Made by a program: the position numbers and the translations under genes. This document shows positions 37,073 to 50,900 of a DNA stretch of 64,000 nt, piece by piece. This stretch comes from Camelus ferus (lineage: Eukaryota). The stretch spans positions 4,280,001-4,344,000 of the forward strand of contig NC_045697.1 in NCBI RefSeq assembly GCF_009834535.1, written 5' to 3'. Numbering within the stretch: the first letter of the stretch is position 1; each line of letters begins with the position of its first letter. A model generated the notes under the pieces. It had not been told where the DNA came from. It saw only the letters and a list, made by a program, of their open reading frames with translations, and did no database searches.

Positions 37073-38881
37073 TCACGCCGCCGACAGGAAGGGGAAGAAG
37101 AAGAAGTCGAAGGCGAACTTGAGGGCGCCGTGCACCGTGCTGCGCCAGTCCTGCTCGACCTTGACGTGCCGCCGGGCCGGCGACAGCTGCGCCATGCAGT
37201 TGAGGCAGCTGATGGCCTTGAGCTCGAAGACCGGCCACTTGCTGCCCAGGCGGCCCTCCAGGACGGTGCTGAACTCGATGAGGCTGCCCTGGCGCAGGCT
37301 GAGGAGCACGTCCTTGAACTCGCTGCTGGCCCGCAGCACGATGTCCTTGGTGACGTCGTCCTCCTCGGGGCTGCGGGTGCCGTTGGCGCTGCGGTAGGGC
37401 ATGCCCACCGTGATCTCGAACTTGTACCGGTCGAACTTCTTGATGTGGCAGGGGTGCTTGGCCAGGAGCTTGAGGCGGCAGAGCTCCTCCTCAGCCGTGG
37501 AGGCGCCGCTGGGGCTGCAGGCGGGGTAGGCCTCGCCATAGAGGCAGCGCATCCAGTCGCCCACGAAGAACGGGAGCATGTTGATGGCCGACTCGGCGCT
37601 GTTGTCGATCTCCGTCACGCGGACGTACTTGAAGCGGCCGGTCCACGTGACCCTGTGGCCCTCCAGGTGGCTGCACAGGATCTGGGTGCGGGCCATGTTG
37701 GTCTCCTTCCAGGCCCGCGGCCCGCACAGGAAGCCGTACTGCTGCCAGGTCAGCGTGGAGTTGTAGACCTTCATGCCCTCCGAGCGGTACACGTAGAACC
37801 AGCAGAAGAGCACGATGGCCGTGATCCACACCAGGATGAGCTTGACGATGGAGCTCCGCGTCAGGGACTTGACCGTCGCCACCACGGAGAAGTTGGCCCT
37901 GGTCCACCAGCGGAACAGCAGGGGGACGCTGCAGACCGCCATGGCCACCGCAATCTTGGTGAGCTCCAGGGACACAAACCAGCGGGCGAACTGCACCACG
38001 CCCATCAGCGCCAGGCCGGCCACCAGCACGGGGAGAGCAAAGAGGAAGAGGAAGTAGCCGACGGACGCGCGCACCAGCCCCAGGCCAGTGGACTCGAGCA
38101 GGATGACTACGGAGAGCTCGCACCACATGAAGCAGACCAGGTAGGGGACCAGGTAGCAGTAGGTGCCCTTGAAGCCCCGCAGCTGGGCCATGCGGAAGAA
38201 CAGGTAGAGCAGGTAGACGTACAGCAGGCAGGGCACGCTGACGTTCAGGATGACGAAGTGGCCGATGGGCACGGTGACCAGGGTCTGGCCCAGGAGCTTC
38301 AGGTAGTGCCAGTCGACGGGCAAGGAGGGCAGGAGGGAGAGCAGGCCGGCTGCCACCTCGGTCACCAGGGCCCTCCGGGTGTAGGGCTCAGCGGAGGTGC
38401 TCAGGCTCATGTAGCTGGTGACAGTGAAGAAGACAGACACGACGGCCAGCTCCGAGCAGGGCACGCAGTCCTTGCTGGCGACAGGGAAGGAGAAGATGAC
38501 GAAGAAGACGGACAGCAGGAAGTGCACGTAGGGCTCCAGGTGGTTCCAGCCGAAGTTCACCTCGGCCTGCTCCACATCCAGGTTGGGCTCGAAGCGCAGT
38601 AGCAGGCTGGTGAGGGCGCGGAAGCTCTCCCAGGCCTTGCTGTCCTGGAAAACCTTGAGGGTACAGATGACCATGGAGACGAAGGACAGGTAGAAGACGA
38701 CCAGCGGCACGAAGAAGGCAAAGAAGTCAATGGTCAGGTTGCGGATGATGAAGAAGAAGACGAGGGCGTTGATGTGGTGGGTGGGCACGATGGTGGACAG
38801 CCAGTGCATGCCTGCCCGGGAAGCCACGTCGATCAGGTACTCTTTGAGCTCCATGATGGCGTGCAAGGGGTACTTGACCAC
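37073..38881 (-). CDS. WFS1: Wolframin exon 8 (602 aa + TGA): multi-pass transmembrane region and ER-luminal C-terminal domain
   Basis: [18 protein letters not shown]...[15 protein letters not shown], clearly wolframin; acceptor ctcctctag| at 38882; uninterrupted ORF. Confidence 0.98.
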   Translation of the reverse strand: MVKYPLHAIMELKEYLIDVASRAGMHWLSTIVPTHHINALVFFFIIRNLTIDFFAFFVPLVVFYLSFVSMVICTLKVFQDSKAWESFRALTSLLLRFEPNLDVEQAEVNFGWNHLEPYVHFLLSVFFVIFSFPVASKDCVPCSELAVVSVFFTVTSYMSLSTSAEPYTRRALVTEVAAGLLSLLPSLPVDWHYLKLLGQTLVTVPIGHFVILNVSVPCLLYVYLLYLFFRMAQLRGFKGTYCYLVPYLVCFMWCELSVVILLESTGLGLVRASVGYFLFLFALPVLVAGLALMGVVQFARWFVSLELTKIAVAMAVCSVPLLFRWWTRANFSVVATVKSLTRSSIVKLILVWITAIVLFCWFYVYRSEGMKVYNSTLTWQQYGFLCGPRAWKETNMARTQILCSHLEGHRVTWTGRFKYVRVTEIDNSAESAINMLPFFVGDWMRCLYGEAYPACSPSGASTAEEELCRLKLLAKHPCHIKKFDRYKFEITVGMPYRSANGTRSPEEDDVTKDIVLRASSEFKDVLLSLRQGSLIEFSTVLEGRLGSKWPVFELKAISCLNCMAQLSPARRHVKVEQDWRSTVHGALKFAFDFFFFPFLSAA

Positions 38882-41800
38882 CTAGAGGAGGGGGGAGACG
38901 AAGGCAGGGTGTCGGGACCCGGCCAGGGTGGGAGCCCCACCCCTGTCCTGTCACAGCCCCGTCAACCTCCCCGGCTCTGGGCCAGGTGAACAACTCACCT
39001 GCAGTTTTCCCAGCCCTTGATCCTCCCGGTCCTTCCACCTGCAACGCCGTCTCTGGGTGGTACAGTTCCACGCGGTCCGCAGGAACCCTCCCTCAAGTCC
39101 ATCCTCCCAGTCCTGTAGGTCCCTCCCCCTCCCTTCCGCCAGTGCCTGACTCCTGGCCTTTTGCCAGGGTTTCCAGACTCCTCTGTGAGATCTTGGGGCC
39201 CACCTGGCCCCCTCTACCCTCCCCCTCACACTTGCAGAGCAGACAGAGCTCTGGGCTGCTTGTGTCTCAGCCACTCCTGCAGTGAGGACTTCACCTCCCC
39301 AGCCTCGGCCACCCATCCCCCAAGGGGGGGAGGAACCACTTCTTTACAAGCCTGCCCTGGGCTCTGACCATGCCGGGAGCGGCAGTGGGAGTGGGGACTC
39401 CAGAAAAGAGAGTTCGGCGCCACTGTGAATGGAAATGGTTCGGCTGTGATGTTTTCACTGTGGCAGGGGGTTGACAGTAGCCACCCACATCACCCACCCT
39501 GCACACCCGAGACTGTTCAGAATGGACACACGGTGCACACAGCCACATTCAAAGGCAGCCCCAGTCTGTGCCTTGGGTCCCACTCCCTGAATAGGCACCC
39601 AATGCAAAGGGCAGCAGAAACCCTCGGCCTTTTCCACAACAGAAAGAGGGGCCATGGGGGAGGTGAGTCAGGGAGCAGCCTTGGGCAGGAAAGGGGGTGG
39701 TTCTGCCATCTAGGGTGGTCCCTACACCTGGCTGGTTCTCTGAGCAGACTCCCCTGAGGTTTCAGCCCCACCAGGGCTGAGGGGAGACAGGAGAGACGCT
39801 GGAGGGCCAGAAAGAGAAAAGTGCCGTGGACAGTCCTCACGCGGCTCGGCATGGAGGAGGGCAGGGGTCCAGAGAGGCAGGGCCTGGACCAGACCACTCC
39901 AAGGAGTAGGTCCTCGAAGAGACCACCCACTCACGGGGACAGGGAAGCCTGGCTGCATGCCCAGAGCCCACCCCTGGGGCTACGTGATGGAGCGCCCGCC
40001 AGCGCCCAGGTCAGGTGGGCAGCACTGCCTCCGTCCGCGCCCCGGGCACAGGCTCCCTCTCTCTCTGCCCAGCCCACCCGAGGGCCGAGGAGGAGCAGGG
40101 ATCCTGGGTGAGCACAACCCAGGGACATCTGCCTAAGAGCCTCGGCTGGCATCTCAAGGTGACCAGAACACCCGGGAGCAACAGGGAGAGTGAGTTCTCC
40201 ACAGATGAGAGGGATCCAGGCTCACAGAGGAAACGGAAATGTTTAAAAATGTGTGCACGCGTGCGCACGTCTACAGACAGCCACGTCTGTACGAAGCGCC
40301 GCGTTCCTCCTTACGTGTCCGTGACGCTCCACTTAGCCTCCGTTTTAAGACAAGGAAGAAAATGAACAAATGAGTAAACCGGCTAACGGCTCCCCCAGCT
40401 CGCTGGGGCCAGCTTTCCTGGGAGCCCACTCAGCGCTCACCCCGTCTGGAATGTCAGTCACCGTCAAGGGAGCCGTGGTGGGGATTTCTGACACATGCCA
40501 GAGAGCAAACCAGCATCTGCGGAAAGACCCTGCTCCAGGCTGCCTCCGGGAGGGGCCCTTGGGCACAAAGCAGACACCCAGCCAGGAAGCAAAAGAGCCC
40601 GCCTGGGCATCAGGCTCGGCCTGCTCGGCTAGTCCCTGTGGAGGGGCCCTTGCTAACTGGAAGAAGGTTCAAAGGAGAAATGCTAGTCTCACCATCACTC
40701 TCTCCGTGCACAGCCGGTGCCGGCGGCTTCGGGGGAGCTGGCCTGCGGGTGCCCAAGTAGCCAGCACCTCGAAATGAATCTGAAATCCTGTCCCAATCCT
40801 CAAAACCATTCACACTATTTTTCCCCCCACAGAGCCACACAATCACATGGTTGAAGGACCTTTAAAAGACAACGAAGCTTCTAGAACCTGATGTCCATGG
40901 TGCTGGCCTCTGCTCCACAGTGAGGTGCCTGGGCCACTATGACCAAGGACTTCTCTCCTTTTAAGGTCCCAACTCTGTCCCCTGTAGCTTCTACCCAGGT
41001 CCACCTTCTTGGGGCCCCACCAAACTGTGAGACTAAAAACCTTTTCCGTAGAGAAAGTCTTAACAAATTAAAATGAACTCTTCTTTGAGGAGAATAGAAA
41101 TTTTTTAAAAAAATGAGTAGGGAGACAGCTCAGGAGTGGCCAGTACAGGGTACCCTGCCCAGTGCTGAGGTCACCAGGTGCTCCGCTGATGTGAGAAACC
41201 TCGAAAACAGCCTGTCACACCTGAGCCACTGACCAAAGAGATTGCCGCCAACTGGGCGGGTCGAGGAAATTTAACCTCAACTAGCCTTGGCTCAGAGCTC
41301 AGCGAATGCTCATGTGCTGGACTTTCAATGATTTAATGTAAAAACTGTTATGATTTTAAAATATTCCTGAATTTATCTGAGTGCTTCAGTTGACCTGAAA
41401 GGCTCGAGGAGGGGCGGCCCGGAGCCTGGAACGGCCTGTGGGCCGCGTGAGCTCAGAGGGGCGTCTGGCGCTTCCTCTTCTGAGCAGGGGGCCTCCCCAG
41501 GCCTGTCCCTTTCTCGTTCCTCTGGGGCAATTACAGGCCAGAACAGCTTTTCATTTCAGGAGGCATCTATGATTCATCCTCTTTCGCAAAAGGCAAAATG
41601 GGACAAATTGTAAAGGAATTAAAATGCTCTGACGGACTCAAAAATGGGAAAGAAAGAGCCTTGTTTATTTCTTGTCGGAACACTTTAAATCTTTTTCCCA
41701 AAACAGACGCTGGGTATCTTACAGCACGGAGCTGTCACCAGTAAGCAGAGTGACACAACTTGCTGTCCGAAGCCGGATACTGTTGAAAGCAACTGTCGTT

Positions 41801-43310
41801 AGTAATGACGCAGGGACAACGCCCACGAGGACGCCCAGGCGGGGACCACCTGCCCAGGGGTCTTCTCCCGCTTACCCGTTCACCTGTGACCCTGACTGGC
41901 ATCTGGGGAGCAGCTCCTCTCTGGCAGGAACCACAGCAAGCGCTCCACCTTGCCCTTCTCTCTGTTAATCTGGAAACTAGTGGCACGAGCCCACTGAGCC
42001 CAGGCCCGCCTCCGCGCGGACCTTCAGTAAGAGCCACGGCTCCCCTGGTCGAGCTCCCCGGCCACCCTGACCCTGCACCTCAGACCCTTCACCCTGGACA
42101 CGTAACCTGCCCTCAGGGACTCTCACCCAGCTCGCCGGTCCTCCATGTGGCCTCCACACCCAGGGCTGTGGAATCTCCGCGGCACTGGCTTCCAAGTCTG
42201 CTCCCCCACACCCGGGACATGGACGGAGCCTCCACGCCCAGGCCCCAGCCTGCTGCTTACACTGCGCTGCCTCTGGGATGGGACTCGTCAGCCCACTTCC
42301 CGTCGCCACGCCAACCCTGACCCACCCCCGCAGCCCACTGCCATGCCCACAGCACTTCACACACGTTGCTGGTCAGCTGAGCATCACAGAACCCGACGGC
42401 TTCCTGGGTGACTAACGGCAGGGGCTCCGTGACGCTTCACCTGCTCAGAGGCCCTTGTGCCGGCAGGGGCCCTCTTGGCCACCCGTGGCGATGGACCCGT
42501 CTAGGGTTGGTAGCCAGATTTCTGTTAAGTCCTCATGTCCTCTGCAAAGCGAGATATGGACACAGCTAATTCCACCCCATGAGCCGAACTGGGGGAAGTC
42601 CGGCGAGTGGGCAGGATGGCCACATTGTATGTCTGTACATGTCACAACCTCACGAGCAGGAAAACAAAAGCTGTCACACCAGGGGCACGAGCTGCCACTC
42701 CTGGCTGTCGGCACATGTCTGGACACCCCTCATCGTCCGCTGCTGCTCACAGGCCCACGCTGGTGGCAAATGTGCCCCCTTCCGCCAGGTCGGCCCACAG
42801 TCACCTCCCCGCCACTGTCTCCACACCACACCTGTCTCGCTCCCCGAGCTCCTGCACACCTGGACAAGCACCACTGCAGGAGCCTCCTCAACACAAGAAC
42901 TCTGCTTTTGGGAAAAGGCATCTTTGAGAAAATGACCTCCATTCTGTGCCGCAAACGGGTAATTTTTCAAAATGACAAAGGCTAAGTGAAAGTTGGCCTC
43001 CAGTGCCTGGCACCCTGCTCCCCTGCGGCATTTTGCAGCCAAAGACAAGAGGGTGCCCTGCTCGTCTGTCACCACTGAGCCCGCCACCGACAGCGCCCTT
43101 GGTGTCGGAGCCTGAGTGTGTGTAAAAGGTTCCCCTTCAGGAGGACACGCCCTGACGCAGTTACAGGGACTATCCTTGCAGGACAGGCCTCCCAGGGACA
43201 GCTACACAGTCCCAGAGGCTTGGGTGCTGGGCAAGTCCCCACCCTGCAGCTTCCCGGGAAGCGCCAGGGCGCGGAGGGGGCAGGTGGGTGCGGCGCCGTG
43301 GGCTGCTCAC

Positions 43311-43459
43311 CTTCAGGCGCAGGGGCAGGTCCTCAGGGCTCTTGCCCGCCAGCTCATCATCGTCATCGTCGTCCTGCAGGAACAGGTCGGTGGGGATGAT
43401 GCCCCTGGCGTACTTCTTGGTGATCTCCACGAAGTCGTCCAGCGCTATGTGGCTCTTGG
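43311..43459 (-). CDS. WFS1: Wolframin exon 7 (149 bp)
   Basis: (S)[49 protein letters not shown]; gctttag| and |gtgagc boundaries. Confidence 0.96.
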
Positions 43460-44434
43460 CTAAAGCACCAAAGAGAACAGCACAGGGTCTAGGAAGCCGT
43501 GAGCACACCATCAGCCCGCAAGGACGCGCAAGGCGGCGCCAGCGGCTGGGGCCAGACTCGGCCTCAGAGAGGAGGGAGCTCAGTGCGAGCTCGAGAGAGC
43601 AAACCCCTCTCTGGGCCTGGACGGCTGTGGGGAGAGGCAGACAGGCCTGCCGAGTCACCTCCTCACCTTGGTGATGTGGCACCCCTCCCCTGACGCGTCC
43701 GCCCGCCCCCCTGGCTCTTCAAGCCTAGTGTCTGCCTGATCCTGGCTCCAATGCGGCCCCTTCAGCCGCCTTCACCGCCAGCACCCCTCTGACACCCTCT
43801 CCCCTCGGTCCTGGCTCCCTCACAGTGCTGGTGACACAGCCCAGCCACCTACTAACCCCTCCAGTCAACACCTATTCGCCGAGGGCACATGCCTAAGCGC
43901 CAGGAAGTGCTTGGAATGGGTGAACAAATCCAGTGGGTGCCCAAGTCTGGCTCCCAGTCTGGGGTGGGGGTCACCTCAAACAAGGCTGGATGCTCGGCCA
44001 GAGCGCGGCCACATCGAAGCCGCCCCCAGGCTGGCAGCGGGGTGCCCGGGAGGTGCGGTAAGCGATCAACACCATGATCACAGGCCTGGCCCTGCCACGC
44101 TTGCTCTATTTTCTGAGGCCGCAGGGGTGGGTTTTCTTTGGGGGGTGGGGGCTGTGTTTCAGGTGCTGGGGACACGACGACTAGCTGATCATGGAAGACA
44201 GCAAGCAAACCATGGCAACAGCACCACTGTCGAGCACAGCGAGCACCGGGGGAGGGGCAGGGCGTGGAAGAGGGGGATTGGAAGAGGAGTCAAGGACACA
44301 CCCGGGATGCAGTGGCCACTGTGGACCCAGGCCTAGGCCTGGGCTTGGCAGGTGGGGGCAGATACAGTGCCAGGGTGGTGGGGGTGACAGCATGGCCAGA
44401 GGTGCCGCAGGTGCGGGCTGGCAGCCGTACTCAC

Positions 44435-44515
44435 ATTCACTGCTGACCAGGCGCTCCAGCACCCGCCGCTGCTTCTGCACTGACTTGGGGACGGGGCCAG
44501 GCTGCACCCCTCCAT
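44435..44515 (-). CDS. WFS1: Wolframin exon 6 (81 bp)
   Basis: (D)[26 protein letters not shown](S); cccctgcag| and |gtgagt boundaries. Confidence 0.96.
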
Positions 44516-45921
44516 CTGCAGGGGAAAGAGTGGATCAAGAATCAAGGCAGACTGACTGTCCCCATTCCCTGCAGCCCCTCAGAAACTGGCCCACAGCCCC
44601 TGGATCATCCCTGAGCTCTGGGGCTTGCTGGGTGTAGGGCCTCCATGCAGGCCTCGGGGTCAGTGCAAGGTCTCCACCTCCGAGGGTGACTCAAGCCCCG
44701 CAGGGCACAGCCCGACCCAGCTATGAACACAACCTGAGCACTGGACTCACTGAGCTCCCTGGTCAGTGTAACCTGTCCCCACACACCTTTGCTGGCATTG
44801 TCCCTTGGCATGGTTTTCCCCTGGACTAGACATAAGTCCCCAGGGCCAAGGGTCAGGCCCTCCCCAGTGTCCCCAGCCCTGATGCACGAGTCGGTCCAGT
44901 GGGTAAACACTGAGCCAGGACTGAAGCATTCTGCCCTCCTGTCAACCCCCCTCCACCCCCAATGGGGGAGGCATTCACCAGGCTCTTCTTACACTAGTCA
45001 CCAAGGCAGGAGCTGGATCAGAAGGCAGACGGTGACAACAGAGGGGAGGGGTGCAGTGACTGAGAGCCGCCACAGAAGCCCAGCCCAGCTGCCCAGTCGG
45101 GGGCAGAGGCAGCAGGAGGGGGTGGGGCTCCACATGGGGCCCCTGGAACTGCCATGTCAAGCATGCCTCTCAGGGGCACTGTCCCCTGAGCCCCAGGTGC
45201 CACGGCCACCTCTGCTCATCCCCAGAGGAGCAGGTTAGACAAGAGTCCTGCCCTGAGATCCCCAGAAGGGGGCAGAGGGGCCCACCCCGCAGTCTTCTCT
45301 GATGTGTTGGCGTGGCCCAGCCCCAGCGCATCCACCCCTGTGGGCAGGAGAGGGCGGGGTGGAGCCCCGGGCAGTCACTCTCTGAAGAGCCGGGGGCAGG
45401 TGCTCCGCAAGGTGATGAAAAGGCAAAAGTCAGTGGGGATGGGGAAAGGAGAGGCCACACCCAGTCAGGGACGCCCCCTCTTCTGCCCCATCTGTCCCTC
45501 CGGCTGCTGCCCAAGCTCTTTTCAGAAAATCAGGCAAGAAGGAGGCGGGAGGGCGGTAGCGGGGGAAAGACTGTGGAGGCGGGAGATGAGGCCTGCCTTG
45601 GGGAGGCTCTAGGGGATTTGGGGACCCAGGTCCCAGCCGCACTGCTCACTCTCCCCAACTCTATCCCCTCAGGAGGAGCAGGAAACCTTTGGACGAAAGG
45701 CCTGTGGGCAGGAGGGGAGGAAACCCCACGGGGTAGAGCAAATCAAGGTAGAACCAAAGCAGGAGGGGCCACTGGGCGCCCAGATCGGGGACTGAGCCGG
45801 CACTCAGGGCACGGCTCAGGGAGGGGACCCCAGGAACAGGAGGATTCCCAGAAAGGACCCTCCCTGGCTTTGGGGGAGACCTGTGAGGTGCCCACAAGGA
45901 GGTCCCTGAGCCCCCACTTCA

Positions 45922-46608
<687 letters not shown>

Positions 46609-47139
46609 TCAGTCTTGCAGTGAGCGGCTGGCGGCAAGATCACGACATCCCTGAGTCCACAGCCCCGGCCCCGGCCCTCCTAAGGCATCCATGTGTGGCC
46701 AGGCTACACCTCACTTTCCCCCAAACCCAGCGAGTGTCAGTCTGAGAGGACCTTCACTGGCCTACAGTCCCCAGCTGCTCTGCTCAGACTGGATGGAAAG
46801 TCAGTTCAGAAAACTCCACTCTGACCTCAGCTCACTGTCATGTTCTCCAACTAGACCAGGGAAAAGCTGACCCCAACTGACTCTGTTGTTCAATTTGGAT
46901 TAGAACCCAGAAGGCATCTCCTTGTAGACACCAACACAAGTTAAAGAGGATGAAAATGGCTTTGTTTCCTAAATATCCTGTAATACTCCAAAATGCCTAA
47001 ATGACAAAGCTCCTGGCTAAACAGAAACCATACTCCTCTCTCAGCCACTGGCGTCACCAGCGTTAGGCTCTCCTGGTGCTGTTCTAGCTGTCAGCCCGGC
47101 AAGCAGCACGGCATCCCTCGGACACCCCGCCAAGCCTCA

Positions 47140-47826
<687 letters not shown>

Positions 47827-47830
47827 TCAC

Positions 47831-47913
47831 CTCTGTCTGCGCCTTGGCGTCCCCAGCCTTAGCCTTCTCCAGGACTTCTTCAAAGGGGGTTTCTACACCT
47901 CCCTTCATGGGTC
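47831..47913 (-). CDS. WFS1: Wolframin exon 3 (83 bp)
   Basis: (G)[27 protein letters not shown]; acceptor ttcttctgtgttaaag|; donor |gtgagg. Confidence 0.95.
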
Positions 47914-50900
47914 CTTTAACACAGAAGAACAAGCAGATGGAATGTCACCAAGCTGGTCCTCGTTGCTTGTCCGAGAAGGGAAGGGACAGCAAGAACAGGT
48001 CAGGAGCGCGAGAGGAGACACGGAGAGAACGCACCAGGAAGCCGCCCGCCACCCTCCGACGCTGCAGAGGCAGAGCTGCCGGGCCGGGTTCCAGCTCAGA
48101 GCTCCGGGTGGAAGGGGCAGGGCAGACGAGGGAGCGCAGGCCCGAGCCCCGCTGTCACCCCCTCAGCTCACGGCAGCCAGAGCAGCTGCGCTCAGGCTTG
48201 AACGGGGCTCTAGGAAGATCCGAGGGCTCAAGTTTGAAAGCCCTTGACCTGAAGAGAGAACTTGCACCCAATCCCCAGCACCCCATTAAGCAAACCAAAT
48301 TCATGTTTTTAGAGATCGTGGTCTACACACCCATGATTTTGGGAGCTCATGATGGCTGTACACACATTCTGATACACATATATATCGATAATAGTGAATC
48401 ACAATCAATTTCCCATGTTGCTCTGCAGTGAAAAGGGCCATTTCAGCATCTCAGAAATCCCCCTGAGGGGACACTCAGGCTCTGGGCCTCTCTTCTCCAT
48501 CGGAACTTCAGGTTATTCCCACACTCCCTAATTTTATAAAACGGTGCCACAAACAACTCTGTGGATGCATTTTTTCATTTCACGTATCATTTCATTCATT
48601 CTCCTGGTATATGTTCTTCAGGTGAATGACTAGCTCCAATCGTCCTCCAGCTAGTGCTCATTTTACTTTGTAACTTTGTAAAAAGTTATCCTAAGTCACA
48701 AAAGCGTCACATAGCTTCATCAATTTCACTGCCACCTCTCTGTCAGTGGGCAGCCAACATAGTTTTTTTTTTTAATCACTTTTTACCAGTCCCTTTCTTT
48801 GATTTAAGCAACTAATAGCCAGGGGCCTATACCCAACACCACACCTTGCCTCCGCTCTCCGCCATACCCTGCCTTGGCATGTGGCAGGATACCTCGCAGT
48901 GACGCAGGGGATGCGGCTGGAACATTGCCAACCACATAACGGGTGCTGATTAGGGATGAACAGACTCTCACTCTAGCCGTTTCTGGAAACGGAAGGTGGA
49001 ATTCAGGGAAACAAGAACAGTCCCCGGTAACACTGCCCAATGACCAGACTTCCCCACCCGTTCACCCAGGCCTTTCCCAGAATCAGCTCCGCCAGGCTCA
49101 GAGCACGTCCCTAGGCACAAAGGACCCCGGGAGGCAGCAGAGCAGGGGCCCAAGGTGACATAGCCTTGGAGATTCAAGGTAGAGAGGTCACATCCAGTTT
49201 GGAGTGGGTCCGGGAGGTGGCGGGGAGAGGCTGGGGATGGCTCAAAAGAAAGCATCCTTCATGAGACTCACAGGTCCCTGGCACCTACAATGTGGTCCTC
49301 TTGGTGGATGCTTGCAAACAAGATGCCTCTCCCTGCAGAGTTAGAGCTGGGCTCCCTCGCTGAGGTCCCAGGGACCTCATCCAGCAATGGCTGCAGGGCC
49401 CAGAACATCCACCCAGTCCCCTGGCCCTGGACCTGGTGCTTCCTGAGTCATCAAGGTCAGTTCTCCCTTCTGGCTGCTGTCACCCCCCACTTCAGCCCCT
49501 GGAATGCACTTTCTGGCCAAGGGCTCAGACTAAAGAGACCGGCAGGCTCCCAGCGAAGGAGGGTGTGTACAGAGAGAAATCTGAGCCGCGTGCAAATCAC
49601 CGTCAGCATCAAAGAGCCGCGTGACCTCCCGAGAGTCATTTTCAGGGCCATCGTCAATATCCACCCAATAGGCTGGTTTATGAAAAGCAAGACACCCTGC
49701 ACTGAGGGCCTGGTCCAGAGCTGGCATTTCCAGCGTGCCTTCCTTTCCCCTCCACGTGTCCCACCTCTGGGCTGACCCCAAGGCTTCGCTGCTCACCAAC
49801 GCTGCACTTCCCAGCCCAACACCAGACACCTCTCACAAGTTCACAACTCTCTTCTTGACTAATTGAATTCACAAGCCCAAGGTCTTCTTTATTACATCAG
49901 AATATAGAAGATTCAAACATACATCTGTTGGCTAAAAAGATTATTCTACGCATGATTAATTTCTCACAGAAGTTATTCATAGCCTGGCATTTCAAGACGT
50001 CTTCCCAATACACAGAATCTCTTTGAAACATGGACCTCACCGCCCTCATTACTCCACTTTCCAGTTGGCACTGATGCAAATATGTCTACAACCACGCAAA
50101 TGTTGAGCTCGTGCTGCAGGCCAATCAGGGGGTTCTGGCTTTTTCCATCTCAGGACGAGCCTTCACACAGGTCAAAGGCAAAGCTCATCAGGCTAACTGC
50201 CCAGTGGCAAAAAACAAACAAACAAACAAATAACCACCGCCAGAAGCTGGCTGCATCAGTGTGGACCCCGAGGACCATGGAACACACGTGTTCTCTGCAG
50301 GCCTGACCCCCATTCCTGGCCTCTTCCTAACCCTAACCTGATGTCCCCCACTCTTGGTCATCCACGTGGCAGGGTGGTGGCAGCAAGCCCACCTGGCCCA
50401 CCAGCCAGCTGCATCTCCCTGACCACATCACCTGGTCACAGATGGACACAGACCCAAGTCGGGACGGTGGGGTTTGTGCTGGACTGCTGCGCAACCAGCC
50501 TCTTCCTCCTGCTGGATCCTGGCTGATGCCAGCCTGGAGCCCTGGAGGGCCGCCCCAGGGGGAGACCCCACTGCGGGTGAGGGCACGGGGGAAGTAGGGC
50601 TGGGGGAGACTGCCGATCACACCCTCTGAGCCCCTGGATACTCCTCGCTGTACAGACATGCGGAACGAACAGGTCCCCTGCAACCTGGTTTTTGTGGATG
50701 TCAGTTTCCATCGGGTTTCTGTGCCACTTGCAACCGAGAGGGTCCTGACTCAAGCTCATTTTTTAAAGTCTTCCCATCAATCACAAAACAGCAATATTAG
50801 AGCTGCGTGGCCCTGGGCGGTCAATCCATGGAGGACCACACACACCCTCATCTTTTATCCTACTTATCTCCCAGGGATCCCACACATTTGAGAGAGTTGT

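Larger units (their letters stand above)
36700..38900. promoter_or_regulatory. CpG-rich tract over WFS1 exon 8
   Basis: Very high third-position GC and CpG density by eye; not quantified. Confidence 0.55.

Noticed and set aside
36905..38602. 565-aa + strand ORF overlapping WFS1 exon 8
   Set aside because: Codon-aligned antisense shadow: it stays open only because the GC3-rich sense strand lacks TTA/CTA/TCA, and it ends at the first CTA Leu codon. It starts at GTG and runs through a CA repeat.
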